A stretch of DNA of 64,000 nt from assembly GCA_964537975.1 (NCBI GenBank), contig CAZIDP010000010.1, positions 39,433 through 103,432 on the forward strand, read 5' to 3'. A program made the position numbers and the translations under genes. The DNA comes from an uncultured Nitrospirales bacterium (GTDB lineage: Bacteria > Hydrogenedentota > Hydrogenedentia > Hydrogenedentales > SCBR16-9). Below the pieces are notes generated by a model. The model did not search any database. It had not been told where the DNA came from and worked only from the letters and a program-made list of their open reading frames with translations. Positions 51,257-61,373 of the stretch are shown in pieces (positions within the stretch are counted from its first letter, which is position 1; the number at the start of each line of letters is the position of its first letter).

Positions 51257-52258
51257 ATGAACAATGATGAAAAGAACAACGAGTTAAGTCGGCGTGGTTT
51301 TATGGGCAGTTCGATTGCACTGGCTGCAATACCGTTGGGTTTGCATGCCATCAATCAGCAAGCTGCGGCACAACAACAGCCACCAGATGGCGCAGAACAG
51401 CTCACACATTACCAGGAAGCGGAGCAGGGAGGCGAACAACATGGACCGCATATCTGGTTACGCTGGAATAATGCGCCACTGGCAAGTTACCGGGCACATC
51501 ACGGCCAGAAGTATCCCTATTTTTATCCACTCATGGGCCTTGTCTCAGGTCAATCAATGACATCCGAAACCGCACTCCCCTGGCCCCATCACCGTTCCAT
51601 GTATTTTTCCTGTGACAAAGTAAATGGAAAAAATTACTGGCAACAAGGCCTGGAGCATGGACAGGTATTATCGACCGGCCCCAAGGTGACAGAGGCAACG
51701 AGCACTTCAGCTATTATTGAAGATGCCTGTGAATGGCGTGCTCCTGACATGCCGCTTCAGATGACAGACAAACGGAAATATTCCATTGCCATCGACTATC
51801 CAAACAAATGGATCATCGATACAGAGATTGAATGGAAGGCCGAGGTCGATATAACGATTGAACGTACCAATCACGCGCTGTTCTCCATACGTTCCGCGAT
51901 CGATATCTCCACTTGGGGCGGTGGCACCCTGGTTTCAAGTGAAGGGGATGTCGGTGAAGAAGCTACATTCGGCAAGCCCGCACGCTGGTGTGCTTTCTAT
52001 GGCAAACGTCGACAAGCCAAAGGAGAACCTGTGGAAGGTATTGCCCTGATTGATCATCCCGACAACCCTTGGGAGCCTTGCCCCTGGTTTACCCGGGACT
52101 ACGGCATGATCTCCCCCATGCCTTTCCAATGGTTAGAAGAACCCTGGCAACTTCCTGCCGGTGAATCTGTCAAACTTAAATATCTCACGGTTATATTTAA
52201 TGGCGACCCAGAAGAGGCAGGAATTGATCAAATCAGTAATAGCTGGATTGGTACCTGA
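51257..52258 (+). CDS. Tat-exported DUF6807 ('PmoA-family') protein, copy 1
   Basis: SRRGFM signal; KYPYFYPL, WPHHRS, IDHPDNP, WFTRDYG. Confidence 0.75.
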   Translation: MNNDEKNNELSRRGFMGSSIALAAIPLGLHAINQQAAAQQQPPDGAEQLTHYQEAEQGGEQHGPHIWLRWNNAPLASYRAHHGQKYPYFYPLMGLVSGQSMTSETALPWPHHRSMYFSCDKVNGKNYWQQGLEHGQVLSTGPKVTEATSTSAIIEDACEWRAPDMPLQMTDKRKYSIAIDYPNKWIIDTEIEWKAEVDITIERTNHALFSIRSAIDISTWGGGTLVSSEGDVGEEATFGKPARWCAFYGKRRQAKGEPVEGIALIDHPDNPWEPCPWFTRDYGMISPMPFQWLEEPWQLPAGESVKLKYLTVIFNGDPEEAGIDQISNSWIGT

Positions 52259-52389
52259 TTTTTAGTACACAGTAACCTGCTGGTACAAGATAATCAATTC
52301 ACCAGGGCTGGTAGCATTATCAGCCCTGACACAATTAAAAAGCAGAATGACATGCACTAAAAGCTTAACAAGGCAACATCAACGTACTC

Positions 52390-53388
52390 ATGACAAATGA
52401 CAAAGACCACCACACCTTAAACCGTCGCCTATTTATGGGCAGTTCACTGGCTCTTGCCACGGCATCATTGGGGTTCCAAGCCATGAATCAACAAGCTACA
52501 GCACAACAACACCCACCTGAAGGAGCAGAACAACTTACGCATTACCAGGAATCAGAGATAGGAGGCCAACAACATGGCCCGCATATCTGGTTGCGTTGGA
52601 ATAACGCTTCATTGGCCAGTTACAGAGCACACACAGGCCAGAAGTATCCCTATTTTTATCCGCTTATGGGTTTGGCTTCCGGAATGTCATTAACATCAGA
52701 AACTGCGTTACCCTGGCCACACCACCGCTCGATGTTCTTTTCTTGCGACAAGGTAAATGCGGTGAATTATTGGCACCTGGGCCTGGAGCATGGACAGGTA
52801 TTATCGACCGGCCCCAAAGTGACAGATGCAACGAGCACTTCAGCTATTATTGAAGATGCCTGCGAATGGCATGCACCTGACATGCCGCTTCAGATGACTG
52901 ACAAAAGGAAATACACCATTACCATCGACTACCCAAATAATTGGATCATCGACTCAGAGATTGAATGGAAGGCTGAGGTTGATATCACCATTGAACAAAC
53001 CAACCACGCACTGTTTTCGATACGATCTGCTATTGATATCTCTCCCTGGGGTGGTGGCACCTTGGTGTCGAGTGAAGGGGACATCGGTGAAGCGGCCACC
53101 TTCGGCAAGCCCGCACGTTGGTGTGCTTTCTATGGCAAGCGACGACAGACCAAAGGAGAACCTGTAGAGGGTATTGCCCTGATTGATCATCCCGACAACC
53201 CTTGGGAACCATGCCCCTGGTTTACCCGGGACTACGGCATGATCTCCCCCATGCCATTCCAATGGATTGAAGAACCCTGGCACCTTCAAGCCGGAGAATC
53301 CGTTCATCTTAAGTACCGTACAGTCATGTTCAATGGAGATCCAGAAGAAGCCGAGATAGACAAGATCAGTAAAAACTGGACAGCATAG
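52390..53388 (+). CDS. Tat-exported DUF6807 ('PmoA-family') protein, copy 2 (tandem paralog)
   Basis: NRRLFM signal; mature region nearly identical to copy 1. Confidence 0.75.
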   Translation: MTNDKDHHTLNRRLFMGSSLALATASLGFQAMNQQATAQQHPPEGAEQLTHYQESEIGGQQHGPHIWLRWNNASLASYRAHTGQKYPYFYPLMGLASGMSLTSETALPWPHHRSMFFSCDKVNAVNYWHLGLEHGQVLSTGPKVTDATSTSAIIEDACEWHAPDMPLQMTDKRKYTITIDYPNNWIIDSEIEWKAEVDITIEQTNHALFSIRSAIDISPWGGGTLVSSEGDIGEAATFGKPARWCAFYGKRRQTKGEPVEGIALIDHPDNPWEPCPWFTRDYGMISPMPFQWIEEPWHLQAGESVHLKYRTVMFNGDPEEAEIDKISKNWTA

Positions 53389-53519
53389 TTAATATATTAT
53401 AAAAATAATAAGTATACGTCACTTAAGAATTACTATATCACTTGCTATAAGTAGCTTGTAAATCAGGTATAATATTAATGGTACGCTTCCGTGACTACCA
53501 TGAATCCATGGGAGTTCAC

Positions 53520-53930
53520 ATGATGAAACTGTTAAGTTTGTTGTTTGCCATGCTGACTGCATTGTTCGGTTTATCGGGAAATGCCTTTCAGCCATCAATG
53601 TATAGCGGAGATTCTGATATGGTTGTGACCATTAGAATTGCTCCGTCTGTGTTAATACTTGACAAGGATCAAGGTGGTGATATTACTGTTCACGTTGAAA
53701 TTCCTTATACACAAGTAATAAGAGACAGTGTTTTCTTGAGTGGGACACCAGCAAGGGTTATTTTTCCTGACAATCGAGGAAATCTGGTCGCAAAGTTTGA
53801 TGAAATATGTGTTAAAGAAAAAATTGACTCCGGTTATGTCACCCTGGAACTAAGGGGAGAAGCCACAGATGGTAATACATTTTGTGGCAGCGAAAAGGTG
53901 CTTGCAATCTATTGGCGGAATCCGCGTTAA
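53520..53930 (+). CDS. Secreted hypothetical protein
   Basis: GGAG RBS, signal peptide MMKLLSLLFAML..., beta-rich body. Confidence 0.6.
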   Translation: MMKLLSLLFAMLTALFGLSGNAFQPSMYSGDSDMVVTIRIAPSVLILDKDQGGDITVHVEIPYTQVIRDSVFLSGTPARVIFPDNRGNLVAKFDEICVKEKIDSGYVTLELRGEATDGNTFCGSEKVLAIYWRNPR

Positions 53931-55121
53931 TTACCTGCCAAAATGTTTGTCAGCGAAATCCATATAGTGGTTCCAGTCTTCGAGCAGTAGATTATGCCCG
54001 CCCTCTCTGATGTGGTAACCGATAGTACCATGGGCTGCTTCACCGGGAGCGGGCATGGTATCAACAGGCATCCCTTCCAGGCCCAGCAATGCATACACCG
54101 GTGTGGCATGATAAGCGCCCAGGAATTCTCCCTTGGGGTCTGCCCATCTGTCTTCTACCGCACTAGCCGCGTATACCGGACGTGGAGCCATCAGCGCAAA
54201 TAACATGTGCTGGTCGATGGGCAGGGCATCTTCATTTTCAGCGAATTCCTGGAAATTGCGGCAGAACCAATAATGGAATCGGTCTTCAGCAGTGATATGG
54301 CTGATACGCTCACCAAAACGTCGCCGCGACAATGCGGCACCACCACAACCAGACTCATTGCTGATGGCAATGGCAAAACGTTCGTCTTCTGCACCACCCC
54401 ATAAAGCAGCCTTTCCACCACGAGAGTGGCCAAGCAACACGACACGGGATTCGTCTATGTTTGCATCCTGTTCGAAGTAATCCAGGGCACGGCTGGCCCC
54501 CCAGCCCCAGGCAGCCAAGCCACCCCACGCATCGGCTGGTCGTTCTGCTTCGATATCTTCAAAAAGACTGATTACACCTGTACGATAAGATTCAGCATTA
54601 TCTGGTGCGATTTCATTCACCTGTACAGCGGCAATGGCATATCCCCGGGCAATAACTTCCTCTACTGGCCAGAATTCAGATTTGGTTTCCCGGGTAGGAT
54701 CTGTATTTTCACGACCTCTGTTGTTCATTAACAAAAATAAGGGTACGGCCGATTCAGCAGCATTCGGGGCAAACACGATTAACTCGAATGCATGTGTTTT
54801 ATCTCCCTGACTCACTTGTATATTCACACGACGCATTGTAGCTGCGCCATCCAACGCTTCCACATCTTCTTCAAGCTTCTCAAAAGCGATGTGCTCAGGC
54901 GGCCCGGGACGCCGACCGTAAACATGTTCACGGAATAGTTCCAGTATTTCGGTTCGACGTTGCTTGAACCACGCCTCTGCATCATTTACCGGTTCACCAT
55001 TTTCCAGAACCAATGGGTCAGGCAAGGTATACTCAGGTACATTTTCTTCCTCGTACATTGCCGGATCAGGCGCAGATGAATGTAATAAGGCAATGGACAA
55101 CAGCATGGCACTGAAACACAT
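53931..55121 (-). CDS. CE15-like glucuronoyl/acetylxylan esterase
   Basis: YTLPDPL, AWGWGASRALDY, GHSRGGK nucleophile, SGCGGAALSRR, DQHML. Confidence 0.85.
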   Translation of the reverse strand: MCFSAMLLSIALLHSSAPDPAMYEEENVPEYTLPDPLVLENGEPVNDAEAWFKQRRTEILELFREHVYGRRPGPPEHIAFEKLEEDVEALDGAATMRRVNIQVSQGDKTHAFELIVFAPNAAESAVPLFLLMNNRGRENTDPTRETKSEFWPVEEVIARGYAIAAVQVNEIAPDNAESYRTGVISLFEDIEAERPADAWGGLAAWGWGASRALDYFEQDANIDESRVVLLGHSRGGKAALWGGAEDERFAIAISNESGCGGAALSRRRFGERISHITAEDRFHYWFCRNFQEFAENEDALPIDQHMLFALMAPRPVYAASAVEDRWADPKGEFLGAYHATPVYALLGLEGMPVDTMPAPGEAAHGTIGYHIREGGHNLLLEDWNHYMDFADKHFGR

Positions 55122-55335
55122 TTTGATGACTCCTCATGTTTTGCATACAAAAAATCTGAAACTGTTAGTTGCAAATTGCTTCTCCATCATATCGCACAAG
55201 GCATTTTTATGCAACGCCAGCATAAAATCAATTCCAGCAATTTGTTCTGTATTTTCGAAACTGAGGACATACAGGTAGCATCTGGTGACGCTGCTGTGGA
55301 TAATCAATACATATTCGAATTTGAGGTTATGATAT

Positions 55336-55557
55336 ATGGTCGAAATTATTCCAGAAATTGGTCTGTGCAGTATATGTAAATTTGCCCGGGCAATACGGCA
55401 TCCACGGGGCGGTGCATCCTATTGGCAATGTAGTCTGGCAGAACAAGATTCCAATTTCCCGCGTTATCCTGGTCTTCCAGTTATTCAATGCATGGGATTC
55501 ATAAAGTCAGAAAACAAATCTCAAAACAATGCCAATTCTAGTGGGGAGTTCAAATAA
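55336..55557 (+). CDS. Small four-Cys hypothetical protein
   Basis: GAGG RBS; GLCSICKFAR...YWQC...FPRYPGLPVIQCMGF. Confidence 0.6.
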   Translation: MVEIIPEIGLCSICKFARAIRHPRGGASYWQCSLAEQDSNFPRYPGLPVIQCMGFIKSENKSQNNANSSGEFK

Positions 55558-55561
55558 AAAA

Positions 55562-56317
55562 ATGAATAATGCCAGTCCATCAACAAACACACTAGAAACA
55601 CCCCAAGTTTTACCGGACAACTTGCATCAACTCTGTGTAGTAATACCAAGCTACAACGCGGGTACCCGATTGGCTCCGGTCGTCAAAGGTGTACAGCAAG
55701 TCGGGGTGCCATTTATTGTAGTCGATGATGGCAGTTCCGATGGGTCAGTATCCGCGTTATCACTACCAGATGAGAACGTCCTCCATCTGCCTGAGAACCG
55801 CGGTAAAGGGCACGCGCTTTTGGCCGGATTCCGTAAAGCTTTGGAAAACAACGAAATCGCTGCAGCATGTGTGGTTGATGCCGATGGCCAGCATAACCCA
55901 CAAGATATCCCCCGCTTCTGGGCAACATATAAGAGCAGTGAAGCAGATTTCATTACAGGAGTGCGGAGCCGTGCTGGAACTTATGTACCGCTACGTAGTC
56001 GCTTCGGAAACTGGCTTACCGTTCATGTAACTAGCTGGTTATTAGGGCGGCGCTTGCCCGATACCCAATGTGGCTTTCGATTGATGTCGCGTCATTTTAC
56101 AGAAACCGTGTTGCAGGAAGTGGATGGCGGGCGTTATGAAACCGAGATGGAAATCCTGGTTTTGGCTATTCGCCGGGGATTCAGTCTTGAGCAAGTTTCC
56201 ATAGCCACTGTGTATGAATCTGGTAATCCTTCATCGCACTTTAATAAATTCTTGGACTCCTATCTGATATACCGTCGTCTTTGGGCAGCGATAAGAAAAT
56301 ATCGTCGGAAAACTTGA
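55562..56317 (+). CDS. Glycosyltransferase family 2 (DPM/DPG synthase-like)
   Basis: VIPSYN, VVDDGSSD, NRGKGHAL, DADGQH, DTQCGFR. Confidence 0.92.
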   Translation: MNNASPSTNTLETPQVLPDNLHQLCVVIPSYNAGTRLAPVVKGVQQVGVPFIVVDDGSSDGSVSALSLPDENVLHLPENRGKGHALLAGFRKALENNEIAAACVVDADGQHNPQDIPRFWATYKSSEADFITGVRSRAGTYVPLRSRFGNWLTVHVTSWLLGRRLPDTQCGFRLMSRHFTETVLQEVDGGRYETEMEILVLAIRRGFSLEQVSIATVYESGNPSSHFNKFLDSYLIYRRLWAAIRKYRRKT

Positions 56318-56444
56318 TGAGAAAAACAACGCAGATCAATATTACCCTTAAACACTTTTGACAGTTGTATCATCGGCACTCTATCATGGATTCAAAATAT
56401 GACTAACGTAGTATTTTTATCACAATCAACCTTGGAGTTCCAGC

Positions 56445-57434
56445 ATGCGAATTTCAGCAATACCACCTACCATTCTAAGCATCTTTCTGTCCTTTATGAT
56501 TTCGCACAATACCATAGGAGAGGAAACCACCATGCGTCTGGGGCTAATTGGGCTTGACACATCTCATGTTATCTCATTTATCAGCCTGTTGAATGACCCA
56601 GTACATGCAAACCATGTACCAGGCGCAAAAATCGTAGCAGGATACAAAGGGGGCAGCGACGATTTCCCGCCAAGTTACGAACGCATTGACAATTTTACAC
56701 AACGCCTCGTGGAGGACTGGAATATCACGCTCTACGATACGATAGAAGAATTGTGTGAGAATGTTGATGCTGTTTTTCTGACTTCGGTGGATGGCCGACA
56801 ACACCTGGATCAGGCACGGCCAGTAATTACCGCGGGTTTACCACTTTTTGTCGACAAGCCATTCACAGGATCATTAGCTGAAGCGATTGAATTATTTAAA
56901 TTGGCAGAAACACATGAAGTTCCGCTGTTTACTTCATCTGCCTTGCGTTTCTGGGAGCCGGTTGTTGAAATGGGAAGCTTGGAAAATATCCAGGGTGCTA
57001 CATCTGTCGGCCCCTGCTCGTACCAGCCAGGCATACCCGATTTATACTGGTACGGTATTCACGGTATTGAAGTATTGTTCAGCATTATGGGGCCAGAGTG
57101 CATCGAAGTGACTCATATTCACACCGACAATACGGATCTGATTGTAGGCAAATGGCTTGACGGTAGAATTGGCACCTATCGGGGCATACGAAATGCGGCC
57201 TCACCATTTCGCCTCACCGTTTATGGTGCCGATGAGGTAGTTGACCAGGAACTCAGCGGTAATTATCAAGGATTGATGGAAGCCACTTTGGAGCTTTTCC
57301 GAACTGGAAAACCAGCTGTATCCCGGGAAGAAACACTGGCGATATTTGCATTCATGGAAGCTGCCGCAGTCAGTAAACGCCAGGGAGGAATTCCGGTATC
57401 CATGCAGGACACACTTGATGCCGCACAAAAATAG
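56445..57434 (+). CDS. Gfo/Idh/MocA family oxidoreductase
   Basis: LGLIGLDTSH, SVDGRQHL, FVDKP, SSALRF, WYGIHGIE. Confidence 0.88.
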   Translation: MRISAIPPTILSIFLSFMISHNTIGEETTMRLGLIGLDTSHVISFISLLNDPVHANHVPGAKIVAGYKGGSDDFPPSYERIDNFTQRLVEDWNITLYDTIEELCENVDAVFLTSVDGRQHLDQARPVITAGLPLFVDKPFTGSLAEAIELFKLAETHEVPLFTSSALRFWEPVVEMGSLENIQGATSVGPCSYQPGIPDLYWYGIHGIEVLFSIMGPECIEVTHIHTDNTDLIVGKWLDGRIGTYRGIRNAASPFRLTVYGADEVVDQELSGNYQGLMEATLELFRTGKPAVSREETLAIFAFMEAAAVSKRQGGIPVSMQDTLDAAQK

Positions 57435-57528
57435 AAAACTTTATCGATTGCAACTAATAATAATGAACATCATGCGGTGAATCAGCATCCAAAAAAATTA
57501 CTGTAACGTATGCTACAAGGACCACACC

Positions 57529-58626
57529 ATGTCACACTATCCAGATTTAAGTATCATTCTCACGTATGCTGTCAGGTTAATGGTAATACCAATCTTAGTC
57601 ACAACATTATCATCCCATGCGGAGGAGCATACTTTGGACCCCGCTTTATTAACACCTCACCCACCTGAAGAACGCTTGGTGGGTATTGCTTACCAGACCT
57701 GGTTCCCTCCCACCAACTGGAACCATGTTTGGGGAACACCGGAACTGGGACATTACCGCTCTGATGACCGGGAAATCATTCGGAAGCATGCGGAGTGGCT
57801 TTATGATACCGGAGTAGATTTTATATGGATAGACTGGTCGAACAATGTGGACCATGATCCTGGTTTACCTCCTGGAGAACCTGTTCTGGACGCGAATGGT
57901 GAGCGTTATTTGGCAAATCGGCCGGATATACTGGCAATAGAGACGGCTACTGAAATTGTGTTCGAGGAATATGCAAAGCTGGAGCAACGGCCCAAGATTG
58001 CCATTTTTGCAGGTGCACAACCAGCAGCCTCAGCCGATGATGGAAGATTGCAGAAGAAAGCAGATCAGATTTACGACACCTTTATTGCGAATCCTGAGTA
58101 TCGAGACCTTTATGTAGATTACCTGGGCAAACCGCTGCTGGTCGTCTATGTTGGTACCCCTTCACCTTGGCGGTCAGGAACTGCAAACTGGGACGATCCA
58201 CGCTTTACCGTACGATGGATGACTGGTTTCATCACAGAGCAACCCAATCTAAGAACAGAAGACCGCATCAGTAAATTTGGATATTGGTCCTGGGAAGACC
58301 GTGGTGCCCAAACCTATACCGTACATGATGGCAAGCCTGAGTCTATGGTGGTCGTCGCCAGCTGGCGCAAACAAGCCGAACCAGGCGAAGCGAGTTACAT
58401 CCCGGCTCGTGGCCGATTGGGAGGCGCCACATTCAGGGAACAATGGGCACGAGCCCGAGAAATCGGCCCAAAGTTTGCCATGGTAGTATCCTGGAACGAA
58501 TGGACCCTCGGTGAAGCGGTTGATGCGGAGATCAGCAAAGATATCGAACCTTCCCTGGAGCATGGGCATTTTTATCGTGAGCTATTAAAAGAAGAGATTG
58601 TGCGATTCAAATTTAATAGACAATAA
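57529..58626 (+). CDS. Secreted GH99/GH71-like glycoside hydrolase
   Basis: GTPELGHYRSDD, GVDFIWIDWSN, GKPLL, SWNEW, DIEPS. Confidence 0.65.
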   Translation: MSHYPDLSIILTYAVRLMVIPILVTTLSSHAEEHTLDPALLTPHPPEERLVGIAYQTWFPPTNWNHVWGTPELGHYRSDDREIIRKHAEWLYDTGVDFIWIDWSNNVDHDPGLPPGEPVLDANGERYLANRPDILAIETATEIVFEEYAKLEQRPKIAIFAGAQPAASADDGRLQKKADQIYDTFIANPEYRDLYVDYLGKPLLVVYVGTPSPWRSGTANWDDPRFTVRWMTGFITEQPNLRTEDRISKFGYWSWEDRGAQTYTVHDGKPESMVVVASWRKQAEPGEASYIPARGRLGGATFREQWARAREIGPKFAMVVSWNEWTLGEAVDAEISKDIEPSLEHGHFYRELLKEEIVRFKFNRQ

Positions 58627-58894
58627 AGACTATAATTATTTGCGGGATTATAAACTTAATTCCTTTTTTTACATTCCGCTGCAAACGGCCTACCATTTGG
58701 TATCTTAAAACGCAAAAAGCAACCAAAAAGTAGCTTATCTAGATTATATAGTTCTAGCCTGTACAAAAAGGAAACCTCTATCAACCGGGTTTCGCTCTCT
58801 TCATGGCAGGCTTTACTATGAAAATTGTGCTTTTTGAGCCTCATTTTGCCCATTTATGATTGCTTAGTAATTTATAATGCTGCATCTCAATTAT

Positions 58895-58910
58895 TGGCAT
58901 CATAATTGCT
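58895..58910 (+). promoter_or_regulatory. Sigma-54 (-24/-12) promoter upstream of glutamine synthetase
   Basis: TGGCATCATAATTGCT with correct GG-N10-GC spacing, about 100 nt upstream of ATG 59012. Confidence 0.7.
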
Positions 58911-59011
58911 CATTTTGGAAATGGTGTCCATTTCATCCTGAAATGGCAAATAACTTTGGGCAAACCTATTGGAAAACCTTTTGGCAACCCTTTAACTCAG
59001 GAGATAAAAAT

Positions 59012-61192
59012 ATGAGTGGTAGTCAAGCCAGACTGCAGGCTATTTGTGCAGTGAATAACTACACCCCCATTTCGGAACCATTAAATTTTGCCGAGACTTC
59101 AATCAGCGAATTGTTCGGGGTTAATGTTTTCAGCAAAAAAGTAATGAAAGAACTACTTCCCAAGCCAATATTTAAGTCACTGGTCAAGACCATAGAAACT
59201 GGTGAAAAGCTTGACCCCTCTGTGGCAGATGTCGTAGCCAATGCGATGAAAGATTGGGCTATACAACGGGGTGCCACGCACTACACTCACGTTTTTTATC
59301 CTCTTACGGGCCAGACAGCCGAAAAGCATGATAGTTTTCTTTCTCCAGACGGTCAAGGCGGCGCAATTTCTGAATTTAGCGGCGAAGCATTGATTCAAGG
59401 GGAGCCAGACGCATCCAGTTTTCCATCAGGTGGTCTGCGGGTAACATTTGAAGCACGCGGCTATACAGCTTGGGATGTTACGAGTCCGGCTTATATATTG
59501 GAAAATCCCAATGGCACAACGCTGTGTATACCAACGGCATTTGTGTCTTGGACGGGAGAAGCACTGGACAAAAAGACGCCGGTATTGCGTTCCATGCAAG
59601 CACTCAACAAACAGGCCGCACGGATACTTAAGTTGTTTGGGCACAGTGATCCCGGTGTGGTAACGTCAACGGCAGGAGCTGAACAAGAATACTTTTTGGT
59701 GGACCGTAATTTCTTCTTCGCACGCCCGGACCTGGTTACTGCCGGTCGCTCTTTGTTCGGAGCACCTTCGCCCAAAGGACAGGAGTTTGACGACCATTAT
59801 TTTGGAGCAATTCCGGACCGTGTACTTGCATTCATGCTGGAATCAGAACGGGAACTATTCAAACTGGGGATACCAGTTAAAACGCGGCACAATGAAGTGG
59901 CACCAGGTCAGTTTGAAATTGCACCTGTGTTTGAAAATGCCAATGTAGCAACAGACCATCAGCAACTGACCATGATAACGTTACGCCGTGTCGCACAAAA
60001 ATACGGCATGACTTGCCTGACGCACGAAAAGCCATTCAAAGGTGTAAATGGCTCAGGCAAGCACGTTAACTTCTCAATTGCCAGCAGCACCTTGGGCAAC
60101 TTGCTGGACCCGGGTGAAACGCCACACGAGAATGCTCAGTTTCTCATATTCTGTACTGCGGTAATTCGCGCAGTGAACAAGTACTCAAAACTGTTGCGCG
60201 CTGTCGTAGCTTCTGCAGGAAATGATCACCGTCTAGGTGCAAATGAAGCGCCGCCAGCCATTATATCTATCTTTCTTGGCGAGCAACTGACCGATGTATA
60301 TGAACAATTAAAGCTGGGCAATGCAACTGCTTCCAAGCAAGCGGGTACCTTAACCATCGGTGTGGATACCCTACCTTCATTGCCCAAGCATTCTGGAGAC
60401 CGCAACCGCACCAGCCCATTTGCATTTACCGGTAACCGTTTCGAATTCAGAGCAGTAGGATCAAACCAATCAATCGCAGGACCGCTGGTGGCTATGAACT
60501 CCATCATCGCAGAGTCCCTGGACTATATGGCAACCTACCTTGAAGATGCAGTGAAAAAGGACCCCAAGAGTCTCAACAGCACCATACAGGTCTTGTTGAA
60601 AGAATTGATAACGGAACATCAGAACATAATTTTCAACGGAGATGGCTATTCTGAAGCCTGGCACAAAGAAGCAGAGCAGCGTGGCCTGCCTAATTTGAAG
60701 AACTCGGCAGAAGCTTTGCCCATGATAACGGACCCGGAAAATGTCGCTCTTTTTGAAAAATACAATGTACTCTCCAAGAGAGAAGTTGAAAGCCGCCAAG
60801 AGATTTATCTGGAACAATATTGCATGGCGGTTATCGTTGAAGCAAAGCTCATGCTTGAAATGGGTCGTACTATCATTTTCCCTGCCGCGGTCCGGTATCA
60901 AAATGAACTTGCCGGTACCTGTAGCCATCTGAAACAATTGGGTTATGAATACGACACCAAAACCCTGGACCAGGTTATCAAATTGATCAACGGTCTGGAA
61001 AGCAGCCTGAACGAACTCGAAGCCAAGATGCAAATCAAGGTTGAGGGCATGATTGAAGAAACCAATTATGTATGTTATACGTTGCTTCCAGCTATGAATC
61101 AGGTAAGGCATTATGCAGACGAACTGGAAGGTTGGGTAGCAGATGACTTGTGGCCTCTGCCGACCTATCAGGAAATGCTGTTCATCAAATAA
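59012..61192 (+). CDS. glnA: Glutamine synthetase type III
   Basis: [62 protein letters not shown]; AGGAG RBS. Confidence 0.95.
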   Translation: MSGSQARLQAICAVNNYTPISEPLNFAETSISELFGVNVFSKKVMKELLPKPIFKSLVKTIETGEKLDPSVADVVANAMKDWAIQRGATHYTHVFYPLTGQTAEKHDSFLSPDGQGGAISEFSGEALIQGEPDASSFPSGGLRVTFEARGYTAWDVTSPAYILENPNGTTLCIPTAFVSWTGEALDKKTPVLRSMQALNKQAARILKLFGHSDPGVVTSTAGAEQEYFLVDRNFFFARPDLVTAGRSLFGAPSPKGQEFDDHYFGAIPDRVLAFMLESERELFKLGIPVKTRHNEVAPGQFEIAPVFENANVATDHQQLTMITLRRVAQKYGMTCLTHEKPFKGVNGSGKHVNFSIASSTLGNLLDPGETPHENAQFLIFCTAVIRAVNKYSKLLRAVVASAGNDHRLGANEAPPAIISIFLGEQLTDVYEQLKLGNATASKQAGTLTIGVDTLPSLPKHSGDRNRTSPFAFTGNRFEFRAVGSNQSIAGPLVAMNSIIAESLDYMATYLEDAVKKDPKSLNSTIQVLLKELITEHQNIIFNGDGYSEAWHKEAEQRGLPNLKNSAEALPMITDPENVALFEKYNVLSKREVESRQEIYLEQYCMAVIVEAKLMLEMGRTIIFPAAVRYQNELAGTCSHLKQLGYEYDTKTLDQVIKLINGLESSLNELEAKMQIKVEGMIEETNYVCYTLLPAMNQVRHYADELEGWVADDLWPLPTYQEMLFIK

Positions 61193-61302
61193 CAATTAAA
61201 ACAAACAGCGTTATATCTCCCCTCTGGCAGCACCATCTCGTTTCCCCCTTTTCGAGGTGGTGCTTCACATTTTGAAATTTTTAAAAATGGTGTAACGCAA
61301 AA

Positions 61303-61341
61303 AAGCCCGAGAGACATCTTAACAAGCATTTTCTCGGGCTT
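61303..61341. terminator. Probable bidirectional terminator between convergent genes
   Basis: AAGCCCGAGA...TCTCGGGCTT with A/T flanks. Confidence 0.55.
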
Positions 61342-61373
61342 ATATGCGTTTCGATTTCGCATATAGTGGTGGA

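Noticed and set aside
51257-53388. Particulate methane monooxygenase (because of the 'PmoA family' label)
   Set aside because: Soluble Tat-exported proteins with no TM helices and no pmoB/pmoC nearby
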